Assembly: GCA_024704765.1 (NCBI GenBank)
Contig: JAKMXF010000312.1
Location: 124,001-188,000, forward strand
From: Oopsacas minuta
Lineage: Eukaryota > Animalia > Porifera
Reading direction: 5' to 3'
Length of the DNA: 64,000 nucleotides
Shown piece after piece: positions 50,314 to 63,356 of this stretch. Both the position numbers and the translations under genes were made by a program. The notes beneath the pieces were generated by a model. The model was not told the DNA's origin, did no database searches, and saw only the letters and a program-made list of their open reading frames with translations. The stretch's first letter is position 1. Each line of letters starts with the position of its first letter.

Positions 50314-51288
50314 ATGTATCCTACACAACAACATACAAACAAACAAACAAATATACAACAAACACCAGATACTGTTTGGAAGTTCTCAAATAAAGATTAC
50401 AGTAACGAAGAGCTCCACCAATTTTGGGGAACTTCGAAATCAAGACTAACAACTCACTGTTGGGTATCAGTTAGTTATAGAAGTGAAAAGGGAGTTGTTA
50501 TATCAGAAAGTGGCACAAGTATTGTCCCACTTAAGTGTACAAAAACTAAAAGAATAATACACGCGGAGTCCATGGCTTTGAGAGATATTGCGTCTGAGAA
50601 TATTCCTAGAAACTTGCAGGAAAATTCAGTATTAGATTTAGGAATTTGGATAACAAATAGTCCTTGTAATGACTGTCGTGAATTAATTTCTGAGAGATTG
50701 AAATCTTTTCAGATTTCATTTCCAACCGTGAGATTAATCTTATTCTTCTCCAGCTTATATTGTGGCCGCGACACATCAACTAACGACACTTTGTGCCACT
50801 TAAAAGACTGGATTTTGCGTTTGGTCCAAATGAAAATATGTATAATCATTGGTCCTATAATCGTATCTAAGCATGTACGTGTTCCCCAGAAAATCTGTGA
50901 GAGCAAAAAATATAAACTTAAGGTTAGAAAGGAAAGAGACCTTCGTTCGCTCAAGCATTTCCGAAAACTTAAACGGCTACTGCTATCCTCGCGGTCTCAG
51001 ATATACAATTTGAAATCGAATCATAGAACATTTTCTAACTGTCCCCTGGATGAAAATGTGCTATGTGAAATCGCCCAAAATGATTTATTATATTTTTCTG
51101 TTTTCCCTCCAGACAAGTCTCATCTCGCAGAGCTGACTCCCAATAATATTGGTTTGTTCCTATACATGACTTATTTGCTTGTTTGTAGGTTTACTGCTTG
51201 CCTTGGAGCGGATTCTCAGAAAGACAAAAAGAGAAACAAACAAACAACAACGGTCAGGAAAAATATATATGAGAATGTTAATATCTAG
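50314..51288 (+). CDS. AID/APOBEC-like deaminase, copy 5
   Basis: QFW...TTHC...IHAESMALR...ITNSPCNDC...LILFFSSLY...GPIIVS. Probable intron 50260-50313 just before the ATG, and a possible 37-nt intron 51152-51188 that would move the stop to 51292. Confidence 0.85.
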   Translation: MYPTQQHTNKQTNIQQTPDTVWKFSNKDYSNEELHQFWGTSKSRLTTHCWVSVSYRSEKGVVISESGTSIVPLKCTKTKRIIHAESMALRDIASENIPRNLQENSVLDLGIWITNSPCNDCRELISERLKSFQISFPTVRLILFFSSLYCGRDTSTNDTLCHLKDWILRLVQMKICIIIGPIIVSKHVRVPQKICESKKYKLKVRKERDLRSLKHFRKLKRLLLSSRSQIYNLKSNHRTFSNCPLDENVLCEIAQNDLLYFSVFPPDKSHLAELTPNNIGLFLYMTYLLVCRFTACLGADSQKDKKRNKQTTTVRKNIYENVNI

Positions 51289-51914
51289 CTGAGCTATAGT
51301 TGTTCTCGGTCTTGTGTATTATTTTATAATACTGGCATCATAAAGGACACTTTATCAAATACAAACAAATATAAACAAATACAAACAGATAAACAAAGTT
51401 CTTTCCGTCAGTATTGTAAATAATAATACTTCAAAACCGAGACACACGGCTTAGCTGATATACCATTATTATCATTATTATTATTGTATACCTTGTGTAT
51501 ATATTGTATAAATCTGATCAAATGCAAACAAATGCAAACATTGAAACTCCAAACCTTCAGGGGAACAGGGTCCCATTCAACTCACCCTCCTCCTGCTATT
51601 TATACTCTAGCCATCAGCAAGCTAGAGGTAGCAACCAATCAAATGGTTGCTATTTAGATCAGTTCCACTGAGTCATGCTAGACAGCTGTCTTTCAGTATG
51701 AACTCAGGTTAGGGAGTAGTTAGGCCTAATTGGGGACTGATTGCTGACACTATTCTTGTTAGAAATCTACATCAATGCGAGCCTTTGGCTCAACGCTTTG
51801 TACTGAACTTGGCGCATTGACCGCCACTTTGAGTATTATGATATACATTGTAAGATCAATCCCTTTGAAGCAGTTTTCAAAATTGCATGCCGTAAACCCT
51901 TTCCTTGACCACGG

Positions 51915-51990
51915 ACAAACAAACAAACAAACAAACAAACAAACAAACAAACAAACAAACAAACAAACAAACAAACAAACAGACAAACAA
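51915..51990. repeat. (AAAC)n microsatellite
   Basis: Seen directly; the same repeat class fills many introns in the window. Confidence 0.95.
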
Positions 51991-52296
51991 CAATAGGGAT
52001 TAAATAATATAGATTTTTTGTATTTTGCAGTGTTTATACATGTTTATTGTAGGGGAACAGATTAACTTTCCAGTTATTCGTAACCACAACTTCTCCAATT
52101 AGGTAGGGAGACTAACCCCTGTATTGAGATGCATAAGGCCTCTTCCTGTGTTTATATATGTATAACACAGATGTATTTTGCATTCCATTAACACCTTTTG
52201 TTTCTATGTATTTGTTTGTTATTATTGTTTTCTACAAATAATTTCTATATACACATATCTTGTAGACAAACAGAACAGCCTTTTGTATATTTTATA

Positions 52297-52330
<34 letters not shown>

Positions 52331-53002
52331 TTTTGTACAGGGTGTGACTGATCTAGGTGCTATCCGTGGGGTCTAACAATCTGGTTCGGATAGATCGCTG
52401 GGTATATACCCAGTGTAAACCCTCCAGGGATCAGTTAGAATTATTTCAGACATGATATGAAATATTAATTAGATTATCGTCACTTAATTCTAGAATAATA
52501 TTACAATTACCTTACAAGTATGAATTGGATACTCTGCAGTAGGCAGTCATATCGGGGTATATAGATTATGACTTAATAATGTCGGAGGTTATTAGTTATC
52601 AAGGTGTGTTAACTTGTCTAACCGAACGATAGGGTACTGGCTTTCATACAGGATTTTTGCTGAAGGGGGGGAATGATTGATCACACCCTATAAAGAACAC
52701 CGGCTGTGTGGGGTAAATTCCAGAGCGCCCCTCCCCCTGTATGAAGCCCTGGGGTCGTCTTGCGATACATGTTTTCTAACGCCTGCAACACTAATTAAGG
52801 GCAATAGAATAACGGATATTCATCGTGGGGGTGATTATTGAATAATAACAAGACAACAAAGCAAGTGCTCTCACTTATTAGGGATAATCTCGCTCAAGAA
52901 TGCGCTCAGAGCAAGTAGGGATATTTATACGTTGCCTCTCTTAGCCACCAGCGTTACATTCCCTTGAAAATTAGATACGAATTCTGGACATTTATAGTAA
53001 TA

Positions 53003-53154
53003 CAATCAACTCCTGTTATATCAAAATACCCGCTTATGTAGAAGTGTGAATTGTACAAATATGGTCCCAAACCGTCAGAGTAATAAATATTTCATTGGTC
53101 ATATCGAAGTAATTATCGCGGCCCCTTAAGCTTCGATATAACAGGAGTTGGCTC
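53003..53154. mobile_element. pogo-like MITE, best-preserved family copy
   Basis: Perfect 16-bp IR CAACTCCTGTTATATC / GATATAACAGGAGTTG, TA on both sides. Confidence 0.85.
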
Positions 53155-53231
53155 TAATACGAACCGTGCTCGTAACAATTTCTACAAATCGTATGTAATA
53201 GAATTTGTATTAATATTTTGTGTATCAGATT

Positions 53232-54837
53232 ATGGCAGGTTCAGGAGACCACTACACATTCATTGTCCTAGGCGCCAGTGGTGACCTAGCCAAGAAGAAA
53301 ATCTACCCGACACTATGGTCCATATACCAGCAAGACAAATTCCCGCCTAACACTGCCATAGTAGGGTTTGCCCGATCAAAAATGAACCAAAAACAACTGA
53401 TCGAAAAAGTAGAACCGTTCCTTAAGGTGACTGAAGAGCAGAAGGCAACCGCGATGAAATTCTACGGAATAAACTCGTATGTTGCTGGAGAGGGCTACGG
53501 AGACCTCTCCTCATATAAACTACTGGATGATGAGATTTTGAAGCATGAGAAGGGGGCGAATGGACATAGAGTGTTCTATCTAGCTCTGCCCCCTTCTGTA
53601 TTCAAGGTATAACAAAAATAAATAAATCAATCTGTCAATAACTAGTAAACAAACAAACAATAAACATATATTAAACAAACGAACAGACAAACAAACAAAC
53701 AAATAAATAACAAATCTCACCTTTTAGGAAGTAACTCTCGCTATCAAGGCCTCTTGCTGGTCACGTACCGGATACAATCGTGTTATCGTAGAGAAACCGT
53801 TCGGACATGATCTGGAGTCTTCAGACGCGCTATCCAAGCACTTAGGGTCCCTCTTCACAGAGCAGGAGATCTATAGGATCGATCACTACCTCGGGAAGGA
53901 GATGGTACAGAACCTCATGATCCTAAGGTTTGCTAACCAAATATTCACACCTATTTGGAACCGTAACAACATCGCTTCCGTCATGATAACATTCAAGGAA
54001 CCTTTCGGTACCATGGGACGTGGGGGCTATTTTGATGATTTCGGGATAATCCGTGACATCATGCAGAATCATTTATTGCAAATATTTTGTCTTGTTGCTA
54101 TGGAGAAACCACCCACTAAACATGCTAATCACATCCGTGATGAAAAGGTTAAGGTGTTAGAATGTACAAAGACTCTTGGTATTGAGGATGTTGTAATCGG
54201 TCAATATCTAGCTAACCCTGATGGAAAAACCGAGGATTCAAAGACAGGCTACTTAGAAGATGCCACTATCAAGAATAAGAATTCTAACACCCCCACGTAT
54301 GCATGTGCTGCCCTGCGGATCAATAACGAGAGGTGGGACGGCGTTCCTTTCTTCCTGAAATGCGGGAAAGCTCTGAACGAACGCAAAATGGAAGTCCGCG
54401 TCCAGTTTCGCGATGTTCCTGGAGACATATTCGAGGGTAAACTTAAGAGGAATGAGTTGGTGATTCGTGTCCAACCGAATGAGGCTGTCTACTGTAAAAT
54501 GATGAGTAAGGAGCCAGGGATCTCATTTGAACCTCATGAGACCGAATTGGACCTTACCTACCATGTGAAGTATAAAGATGTCAAACTACCTGATGCTTAT
54601 GAACGGTTGATTCTAGATGTTTTCGAAGGTAACCAGCTCAATTTTGTACGTGCAGATGAGCTCCGAGAGGCCTGGCGAGTGTTCACACCTCTGCTGCACG
54701 CGATTGAAGCAAAAGGTGTGAAACCGTTTACGTATACCTACGGGGATCGTGGGCTCAAGGAGGCGGACGATTTTGTGGCAAGTTTCGGTCATATGTACAC
54801 CGGAACCTACAGCTGGGCCAAACCGGCTCACCACTAG
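53232..54837 (+). CDS. G6PD: Glucose-6-phosphate dehydrogenase, 2 exons (53232-53606, 53728-54837)
   Basis: [31 protein letters not shown]. Confidence 0.98.
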
Positions 54838-55014
54838 ATGTATATATATATTTTAGAGAATTAGTAGACTCTATCCAGATTGGTAGTTAGTTACTATGTT
54901 AGTCGAGGTGTTGAGATTTGTTTGTTTGTTTATTTTATGAGATTATGATATTTTCAGTCACGAAAAAATGTTTGTTTGTTTGTTTTGTTGTTTTGCTTAT
55001 AATTAGTTGCATAA

Positions 55015-55943
55015 ATGGCAGAAACCACTTCACACTTAGAGTCAGACGAGACAATAATGGAGTTTGCTGTACGTATGCAGTCTCCTGCAGATGAGTTGTT
55101 GGTTAGAAACGCACTAGATCAGATGGAATGTGTAAGAAATGTAATTATAGACATCAAAGAGGAGAGTGTAATGATAACTTCTACTCTATCTTCTTTCAAA
55201 GTACAGCAAATATTGGAAGCTACTGGTATGTATTGTTTGTTTGTGTTTGTGTTTGTTTGCTTGTATTTTATTTGTTTGTTTGTATATATGATTATTTTAT
55301 AACTTAATTAACACCCTCTAGGACTGCTAGTAGTTCTCCGTGGGTACAATTATGCTACAAATAAGCTCCCAGTAGAATCAAGTGTTGTTGCTATGCTATG
55401 TAACTCTAAGGTATGTGGTCTAACTAGGCTGATACAAGGTGATAGTACCTGTTTAATTGAGGGGTCATTAACAGAGCTTAAAGAGGGTACACATAAAGTA
55501 GAGGTACATATTAGCGGAGACATCTCAAATGGCTCAGATAGCTGCGGTCCAGTTTATGGTATGTGTAGCCATGGTAACCGATAAAATATTCACATCGGGA
55601 CCAGGCCATTTTGACCCGATTAACCGGGGAATCTATTAAGCACCCTTCCTTCAATCTTATAGGAACAGATTCCAATGACCCCAAGGGGTATCTGGGGACG
55701 TTTGAAGTTGGAACGGATGGAGTAGCTAATTTTAGATTAACAACCAATCAATTCAGAGTTTGTGACGTAATTGGTCGCTCAGTGGTCACTAGCCCCATTG
55801 GATCAGGAGAATGTACCTATGGTATAATAGCTAGATCCTCTGGTGTACTCGGGAATCGTAAGAAAGTGTGCCAATGCTCTGGCGACACAATTTGGGAAGA
55901 AGCGACACAAGTTAAACAGGAAAATATTAGATCTTGTTTATGA
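55015..55943 (+). CDS. CCS: Copper chaperone for superoxide dismutase, 3 exons
   Basis: HMA-like domain (MEFAVRM...), SOD-like domain (GDISNGSDSCG...GYLG...VIGRSVV), and C-terminal GIIARSSGVLGNRKKVCQCSGDTIWEE. Confidence 0.88.
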
Positions 55944-56113
55944 ATGTATAATTTGTTATCAGTGACTTTGAGGGGTACAAACCAGTTCCTTATATGGACT
56001 GTTGGTCACTTTTCCAATCTGTTGACACGTTCCAATATCCTACTTGTGTAACTAGGTATAGCACTTGACATTACACCTCTGTACTATTATGTATAACAAC
56101 TAGCTGATTATAA

Positions 56114-57846
<1,733 letters not shown>

Positions 57847-58003
57847 TTGGAACTGAAACTATAATATTAGTGATCACCCTTTCACTTAATCGTATTCATT
57901 CCGTTTTATTTTTTCTAGCTCTTCTCACTTTAATAAATTCTTCTCCGTTGCTAGGATACACTAAACTATTTCTAAACTGTAATTTCATTGGTTAGTAGCT
58001 AAA

Positions 58004-58654
58004 ATGTCTAAAATATCAAAAGATGTATTGAATCAGTCAATCACTGATTTACTCGATTTTTCTAAAAAGCGCAAACGGCATTTTCTAGAGTCAGTCGAGT
58101 TACAAATAACTTTGAAGAATTACGACCCCCAAAAGGACAAGAGGTTCGCCGGTACCGTCCGTCTCAAGCATATCCCCAGGCCCAAGATGAAAATTTGTGT
58201 CCTGGGAGATCAGAAGCATTGTGATGAGGCCCAAGAATTGGGACTGGACTTCAGGACAGTCGACATGCTGAAGAAAATGAATCAGGACAAAAAGCTAGTG
58301 AAGAGAATGGGAAAGAAATACAACGCATTTCTAGCCTCCGATTCGGTCCTCAAGCAAATCCCTAAACTCTTGGGACCCAGTTTACAGCGAGCGGGCAAAT
58401 TTCCCATCCTTGTAACACACGCTGAACCAATGACTAACAAAATCACGGATGTCAAAAGTACGATAAAATTCCAAATGAAGAAAACTACTTGTCTAGCTGT
58501 AGCCATTGGACATGTGGATATGACACAGGCAGAGCTAAATGCTAACATTATCTTATCCATAAACTACTTAGTGAGCTTACTGAAGAAAAACTGGCAAAAT
58601 GTGCGTACACTACACATCAAGTCTACTATGGGGCCCTCCTTTAGGATATATTAG
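58004..58654 (+). CDS. RPL10A: 60S ribosomal protein L10a (uL1), intronless
   Basis: [26 protein letters not shown]...[10 protein letters not shown]...[18 protein letters not shown]. Confidence 0.98.
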   Translation: MSKISKDVLNQSITDLLDFSKKRKRHFLESVELQITLKNYDPQKDKRFAGTVRLKHIPRPKMKICVLGDQKHCDEAQELGLDFRTVDMLKKMNQDKKLVKRMGKKYNAFLASDSVLKQIPKLLGPSLQRAGKFPILVTHAEPMTNKITDVKSTIKFQMKKTTCLAVAIGHVDMTQAELNANIILSINYLVSLLKKNWQNVRTLHIKSTMGPSFRIY

Positions 58655-58815
58655 TGAACAATAGTAACTCCATTGTATTTCAATAGGAAATTATTAGTAT
58701 TTGTAGTTGTAACTGTAGTGAAAATGTAGTGAGATATTAGGTGCTTTTCTTACTGATAAATTCCTTAAATTATAAGAGACATTTCCAAACTATTTTAGAA
58801 TATAATAGCCAAAAA

Positions 58816-60654
58816 ATGTCAGGCTTACGATACGGGCGTACAATGTTTGACAATGAATCAGGACACCCAGAAGAACTGACTTTCCAGAAATCTGATATTC
58901 TTACAATCCTAAAAACTGAAATCGACGGAGCCCCGGGCTGGTGGCTCTGTCAGAAGGGCAACAAGGTAGGTATCGCTCCTGGAAACTTTATCGAGAAACT
59001 CCCGTCAAATTTTGTTCCCCATTTTAAAATAAAAGATAACAGACTTGATATGATAGACCAACGATCCTCTCGTGCACCCTCTGGGGACTATTCGCACCCT
59101 AGGAACCCTAAAATGCACCTCAGAGAAGGTGTAAGTCAACTAAACGTCCAACACAGACAAGTTGAGCAAGCATTTGATCGAGTTCATTCACACTATACAC
59201 GCGAGGTCTTAAAATGTGATCAAATGGACGTGATGAAATGGGGGGCAGTTGTTCGACACTTTTGGACCCTATGCGACAACTATTCGTCCTCTATTCTACT
59301 CTTCACGAAGTTTATCCGAATTTCTGTTCTAGAAACGATCGACGAAAACGTAGACTTCGTTGTGGTTGGAAAACTTTCGAATAGGCTTAACACGCTAGAT
59401 TTGGACTTTCAAGGTTACTCGAATCTTTTGAAAATTACAAAACTACAATTCAATGAAAATACCCCTAAAAATATTCACGCGCTAATAGAACGCGGAGAAA
59501 AATTACCAACTCAAATTCAAGAAGTTTACGCAACTCTTAAAGCGAATAAAAGTATGTTTTTCACAGAAGAGGAGCCAAAGTGGGCGGAAAAACGCGGGGT
59601 TAGGCGCGCGAGTTATGAAGACGTAGATTGTATGGATTTTCTAACACAAGCTATTGAAGTACGCAACAGAAACGAGCTAAAAATAGATATACCTATTATA
59701 GTAGAGCCTCCAGCCCGTAAATCTGCTCCTAGTTCTCCTAATCGTATCAGGGATATGGGAGGGATGAAGGGACGGTCTAGGAGCAAGACAGAGTTAAATG
59801 AAACTAATCTGTTTGTTCCGAACTTAAAAACTAAACTGTCTACTGAGAAATTTGACTCTGTAAGAGAGAGAAAATTCTCAAATTCTATATCACAGCAATT
59901 ATCGAAACTGAAACTGAAAAGCAACCAAAAGAGTTTTCTCAAAAGTTCAAAAGTTAACTCAGCTCATAAGATTGTAATTTCCTCTCCTTCCAATCCACAA
60001 ATGCTACAATCAGTCAGTTCAGATTTCGCCGTCTCAAAGGCGCGTGCAGTTACAATGACCACCCCGGTTATTTCAAAACGTAGAGCTGCTACTGAGAGTA
60101 ATATTATTGAAGGTGGTAGCGTCAATGGCCAATTCCTACCTGTCTCTCCTGGACGGTATGAATCAATGGCAGGTGTTTCTAATTTCTCGTCGCTACCTGC
60201 TGAAAACGTTTCACATTTTAATTATACAAAAAGCACACCAATTGAAGTGACTATTTTAACTGAACTTTACTTGCAATTAGAACAGGTTCTCACTTCTATA
60301 AAAGAGTCCACGAGACGTTTGAAGTTCTCAATGGGTGCGAGTACCCCTGACCCATTGGTCTACTCCCCTCTGGTCCAAAATATGACCGCACATATTTACA
60401 AATGTATTTTCCTACTGCAAATTTCACAAAACAGCTTAGCAGATGACGACAAAAATCTAGCAAAATATATTGAAAATCTTTCAAATTCTGCCAAAAATAT
60501 TATTTCAAAATGTAAAGAATTTCTAAAAGCAAAAAGTTCTAAAATTAGCACAGAATTGACTGTCCTGACTCTTGAATCGACCAATCAGATTTCGGATATA
60601 ATAGTTAGTGTAATGGCTATAAGACATGACACTATGTCTGCCAGTGAAGTGTAA
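58816..60654 (+). CDS. Cas-family (p130Cas/BCAR1/NEDD9-like) SH3 adaptor, intronless
   Basis: N-terminal SH3 (MFDNESGHPEELTFQKSDIL...GWWLC...GIAPGN) is Cas-type, followed by a helical bundle, an S/K-rich linker and a C-terminal FAT-like helical domain. Confidence 0.7.
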   Translation: MSGLRYGRTMFDNESGHPEELTFQKSDILTILKTEIDGAPGWWLCQKGNKVGIAPGNFIEKLPSNFVPHFKIKDNRLDMIDQRSSRAPSGDYSHPRNPKMHLREGVSQLNVQHRQVEQAFDRVHSHYTREVLKCDQMDVMKWGAVVRHFWTLCDNYSSSILLFTKFIRISVLETIDENVDFVVVGKLSNRLNTLDLDFQGYSNLLKITKLQFNENTPKNIHALIERGEKLPTQIQEVYATLKANKSMFFTEEEPKWAEKRGVRRASYEDVDCMDFLTQAIEVRNRNELKIDIPIIVEPPARKSAPSSPNRIRDMGGMKGRSRSKTELNETNLFVPNLKTKLSTEKFDSVRERKFSNSISQQLSKLKLKSNQKSFLKSSKVNSAHKIVISSPSNPQMLQSVSSDFAVSKARAVTMTTPVISKRRAATESNIIEGGSVNGQFLPVSPGRYESMAGVSNFSSLPAENVSHFNYTKSTPIEVTILTELYLQLEQVLTSIKESTRRLKFSMGASTPDPLVYSPLVQNMTAHIYKCIFLLQISQNSLADDDKNLAKYIENLSNSAKNIISKCKEFLKAKSSKISTELTVLTLESTNQISDIIVSVMAIRHDTMSASEV

Positions 60655-60835
60655 ATATTTGAATTGTTTGTTTATTTTATTTATTTGCATATTTTTAACT
60701 GATAATTTGCATGTTTTTATATATTTTGAATAAAACACCCTTTCTAATCTATTTCCTTGAATTTTTCAAACTTTTTCCTGGATTCTAATTATATACACAA
60801 TCTTCATTCCCTAGCAACCGTTTCGACACATAGCA

Positions 60836-61459
60836 ATGTTCAAGAACACATTTCAATCCGGTTTCCTATCCATCCTATACTCCATTGGAAGCAGACCCCT
60901 CCACATATGGGACAAGAAAGTCCAAAACGGGCACATTAAGAGGATAACTGACAATGACATCCAGTCACTTATCCTCGAGGTTGTAGGCACAAATGTGTCG
61001 ACAACGTTCATCACTTGCCCAGCTGATCACTGTGAGACTCTGGGGATCAAGCTCCCCTTCTTAGTGATGATAATCAAGAACCTCAAGAAATACTTCACTT
61101 TTGAGGTCATGGTATTGGATGATAAGGACGTAAGAAGGAGGTTCCGTGCTTCTAACTACCAATCAACTACTCGGGTTAAACCCTTCATCTGCACTATGCC
61201 AATGCGTCTGGACGATGGCTGGAATCAAATCCAGTTTAACCTCAGTGATTTTACGCGCAGAGCTTATGGTACCAACTACATAGAGACACTAAGAGTACAG
61301 ATACACGCTAACTGTCGTATACGTAGGGTCTATTTCTCTGACAGGCTGTACTCTGAGGATGAACTCCCAGCTGAGTTCAAGTTGTACCTCCCTGTGCAGG
61401 GAAAGAAAGGACCCGGAGCTGCTAAAGAGACTACTCAGCTAACTCAACAGCCTTTATAA
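60836..61459 (+). CDS. CFAP20: Cilia- and flagella-associated protein 20, intronless
   Basis: [36 protein letters not shown]... closely follows the conserved family sequence. Confidence 0.98.
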   Translation: MFKNTFQSGFLSILYSIGSRPLHIWDKKVQNGHIKRITDNDIQSLILEVVGTNVSTTFITCPADHCETLGIKLPFLVMIIKNLKKYFTFEVMVLDDKDVRRRFRASNYQSTTRVKPFICTMPMRLDDGWNQIQFNLSDFTRRAYGTNYIETLRVQIHANCRIRRVYFSDRLYSEDELPAEFKLYLPVQGKKGPGAAKETTQLTQQPL

Positions 61460-61721
61460 GAACTGATTCTAATTCCTGTGTAACCTAATCTCTTATATAA
61501 ACACTTATATGTTATCACACTATATTTATGCGTAATAGATGTTTGCTTTAATGTTTGTTTTTGGTGTGATAGGGAGAGGGATAATCTCAAGGGACTATTC
61601 AATGTAAGGTGCTAATTAGCGGGACAGTTTGTAGGTATGCTATTTCAATAATTATAAGAGCTATATATTATTCAAAAGTGTCAACAACAACAATATGTAT
61701 ATACACACAATAAACAAATAT

Positions 61722-63356
61722 TTATTGACTACTTGTGAATAAAGGAATATAATTATTCAATTTAAAGCCTACTAATCTCTTATTAATTGTGTCACAAATC
61801 ATGACTTGACCTTTCCTTCCGACAGCTATCCCGCCTAAATTCTCATCACATCCCGCACTTTTTGTGGTATTCAGCTCTACAATTATGTCTCTGGGAAATG
61901 GTATTAATGACACACGGCCATTCACAGTTGTCCCTACTTCAACACCTTTTAAAGTGGTCTCAATCCAGCTTAGCCCTCTAAATTCTCCGTTAACTAGCAT
62001 AGACCCGTATTGGCTCAGAAGCTCACCGTCTTCTGTATACACGTTAATACACGGGTAGGATTTGTGTAGAACTATCACCTTTCCATGGTTCGTAATTGCA
62101 ATCGATTTTGGGCGCCGTAATCCGCCACCCCTGCCATCTCTGTCACCAATAAATATGTGGTGTTGTCCCTGATCAAACACTTGTATTCTATCATTATCAA
62201 ATTCACAGACATATAGCCTGAAACTTTTTGGGTGTATTTCAATCCCTTCCGGACTCATTAGCTCACCATAACCGGAACCACGCGTGCCTATAGTTCCAGT
62301 TTGATATCCGTTATGTAGATATTTCTGTATTAGACAATGGCTAGGGATTGAGATGTAGATATGCTCAGATCCAATTGCAATTCCACCAACACTTACTCGT
62401 TGAATTTGTGCATCTATTGGTACTATTAGAGGGAATGATTTGATTGTCTGAAACGCTTCATCTAATATTAGAATATTCCTGCTGGTTAACACGTAATAGT
62501 GGTTTGTAAGTGGATTGAATTTGGCGCAAAGTGGCTTGTTTGAAATCTTTATATCCTAGTTTGGAATAGTTTATGGTTAATAATACCCAAAATTTCCATC
62601 AACTACCGTAATATTGAAGCTCAAGGGATACCGCTATGATTACTTCGATATACCTGATGGTTAGTGCATACCAACTATCCATGCATTTGACCTATGATTC
62701 AGTGGAAAATGGCGAAGTCCAAAGAATATATTGGATTTTCTGATTTTTCTCATAAAAGTTGGAAAAATTCATAGTTTTTGTATAAAATTTATAAATTCAA
62801 GGAATTCGGGAAGTGTATTCAGGAGAATAGTTCCAATTTTCTGGATACATTTCTCGGCACAGGCCACACCCTAGCTACCCCTCTAGGTAGTAAGTATGTG
62901 AATATATGTTACTTTGACGGTTTGGGACCATATTTGTAATATTTCAGACTTCAAGCGGGTATTTCTATTTTAACCGGAGGTGACTGTGTATGATTAAATT
63001 ATCGTTGGCCCTCAACCGTTCAATTTACAGTCTCAGATTTGTGACTGACTTTAACAACTTTTCCAGTGAACCATGTGACCATAAATTGTGCCACTCATCA
63101 GGTGACAAGTCCACATTACCTGATAATAATCCAAAGCTTGTTTAAGTCGTAGCCTCCCTATTGATCGTATGTATATATTAATGCTAGGCTTATCTATATG
63201 GAAATGTAGTTCCCTTGAGTGATAGTAAGCTTCCTCCTGTTTAATGCTATCGATCTTTGCTTTAACTTCTTGTATTTGCTTCTCCTTGAGGTCGTGGAAT
63301 GGTTTCTCAAAGTTTCGATGTTCAGCTTCTGTGTACATTTTACTGCCATCTGCCAT
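61722..63356 (-). CDS. Coiled-coil + NHL-repeat protein, 2 exons (63120-63356, 61722-62555)
   Basis: Phase-0 junction DYYQ|DIKISNKP; NHL repeats (ELMSPEGIEIHP...LYVCEFDNDRIQVF, LRRPKSIAIT, LGGIAVGRKGQVMICD). Confidence 0.75.

Noticed and set aside
45611-51288. Assignment as TadA/ADAT2, CDA or dCMP deaminases
   Set aside because: They lack the EVPVG/TLEPC, CAE and LFPC signatures; NNSPC/NYSPC and the FSxLY-type strand fit AID/APOBEC better.
52398-52413. Perfect 16-bp palindrome CTGGGTATATACCCAG
   Set aside because: It is isolated with no supporting context; one such palindrome could arise by chance or from a decayed element.
51300-52460. A possible further deaminase or other gene after copy 5
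   Set aside because: There is no HAE/PCxxC motif, and I could not build a consistent exon chain in either strand.
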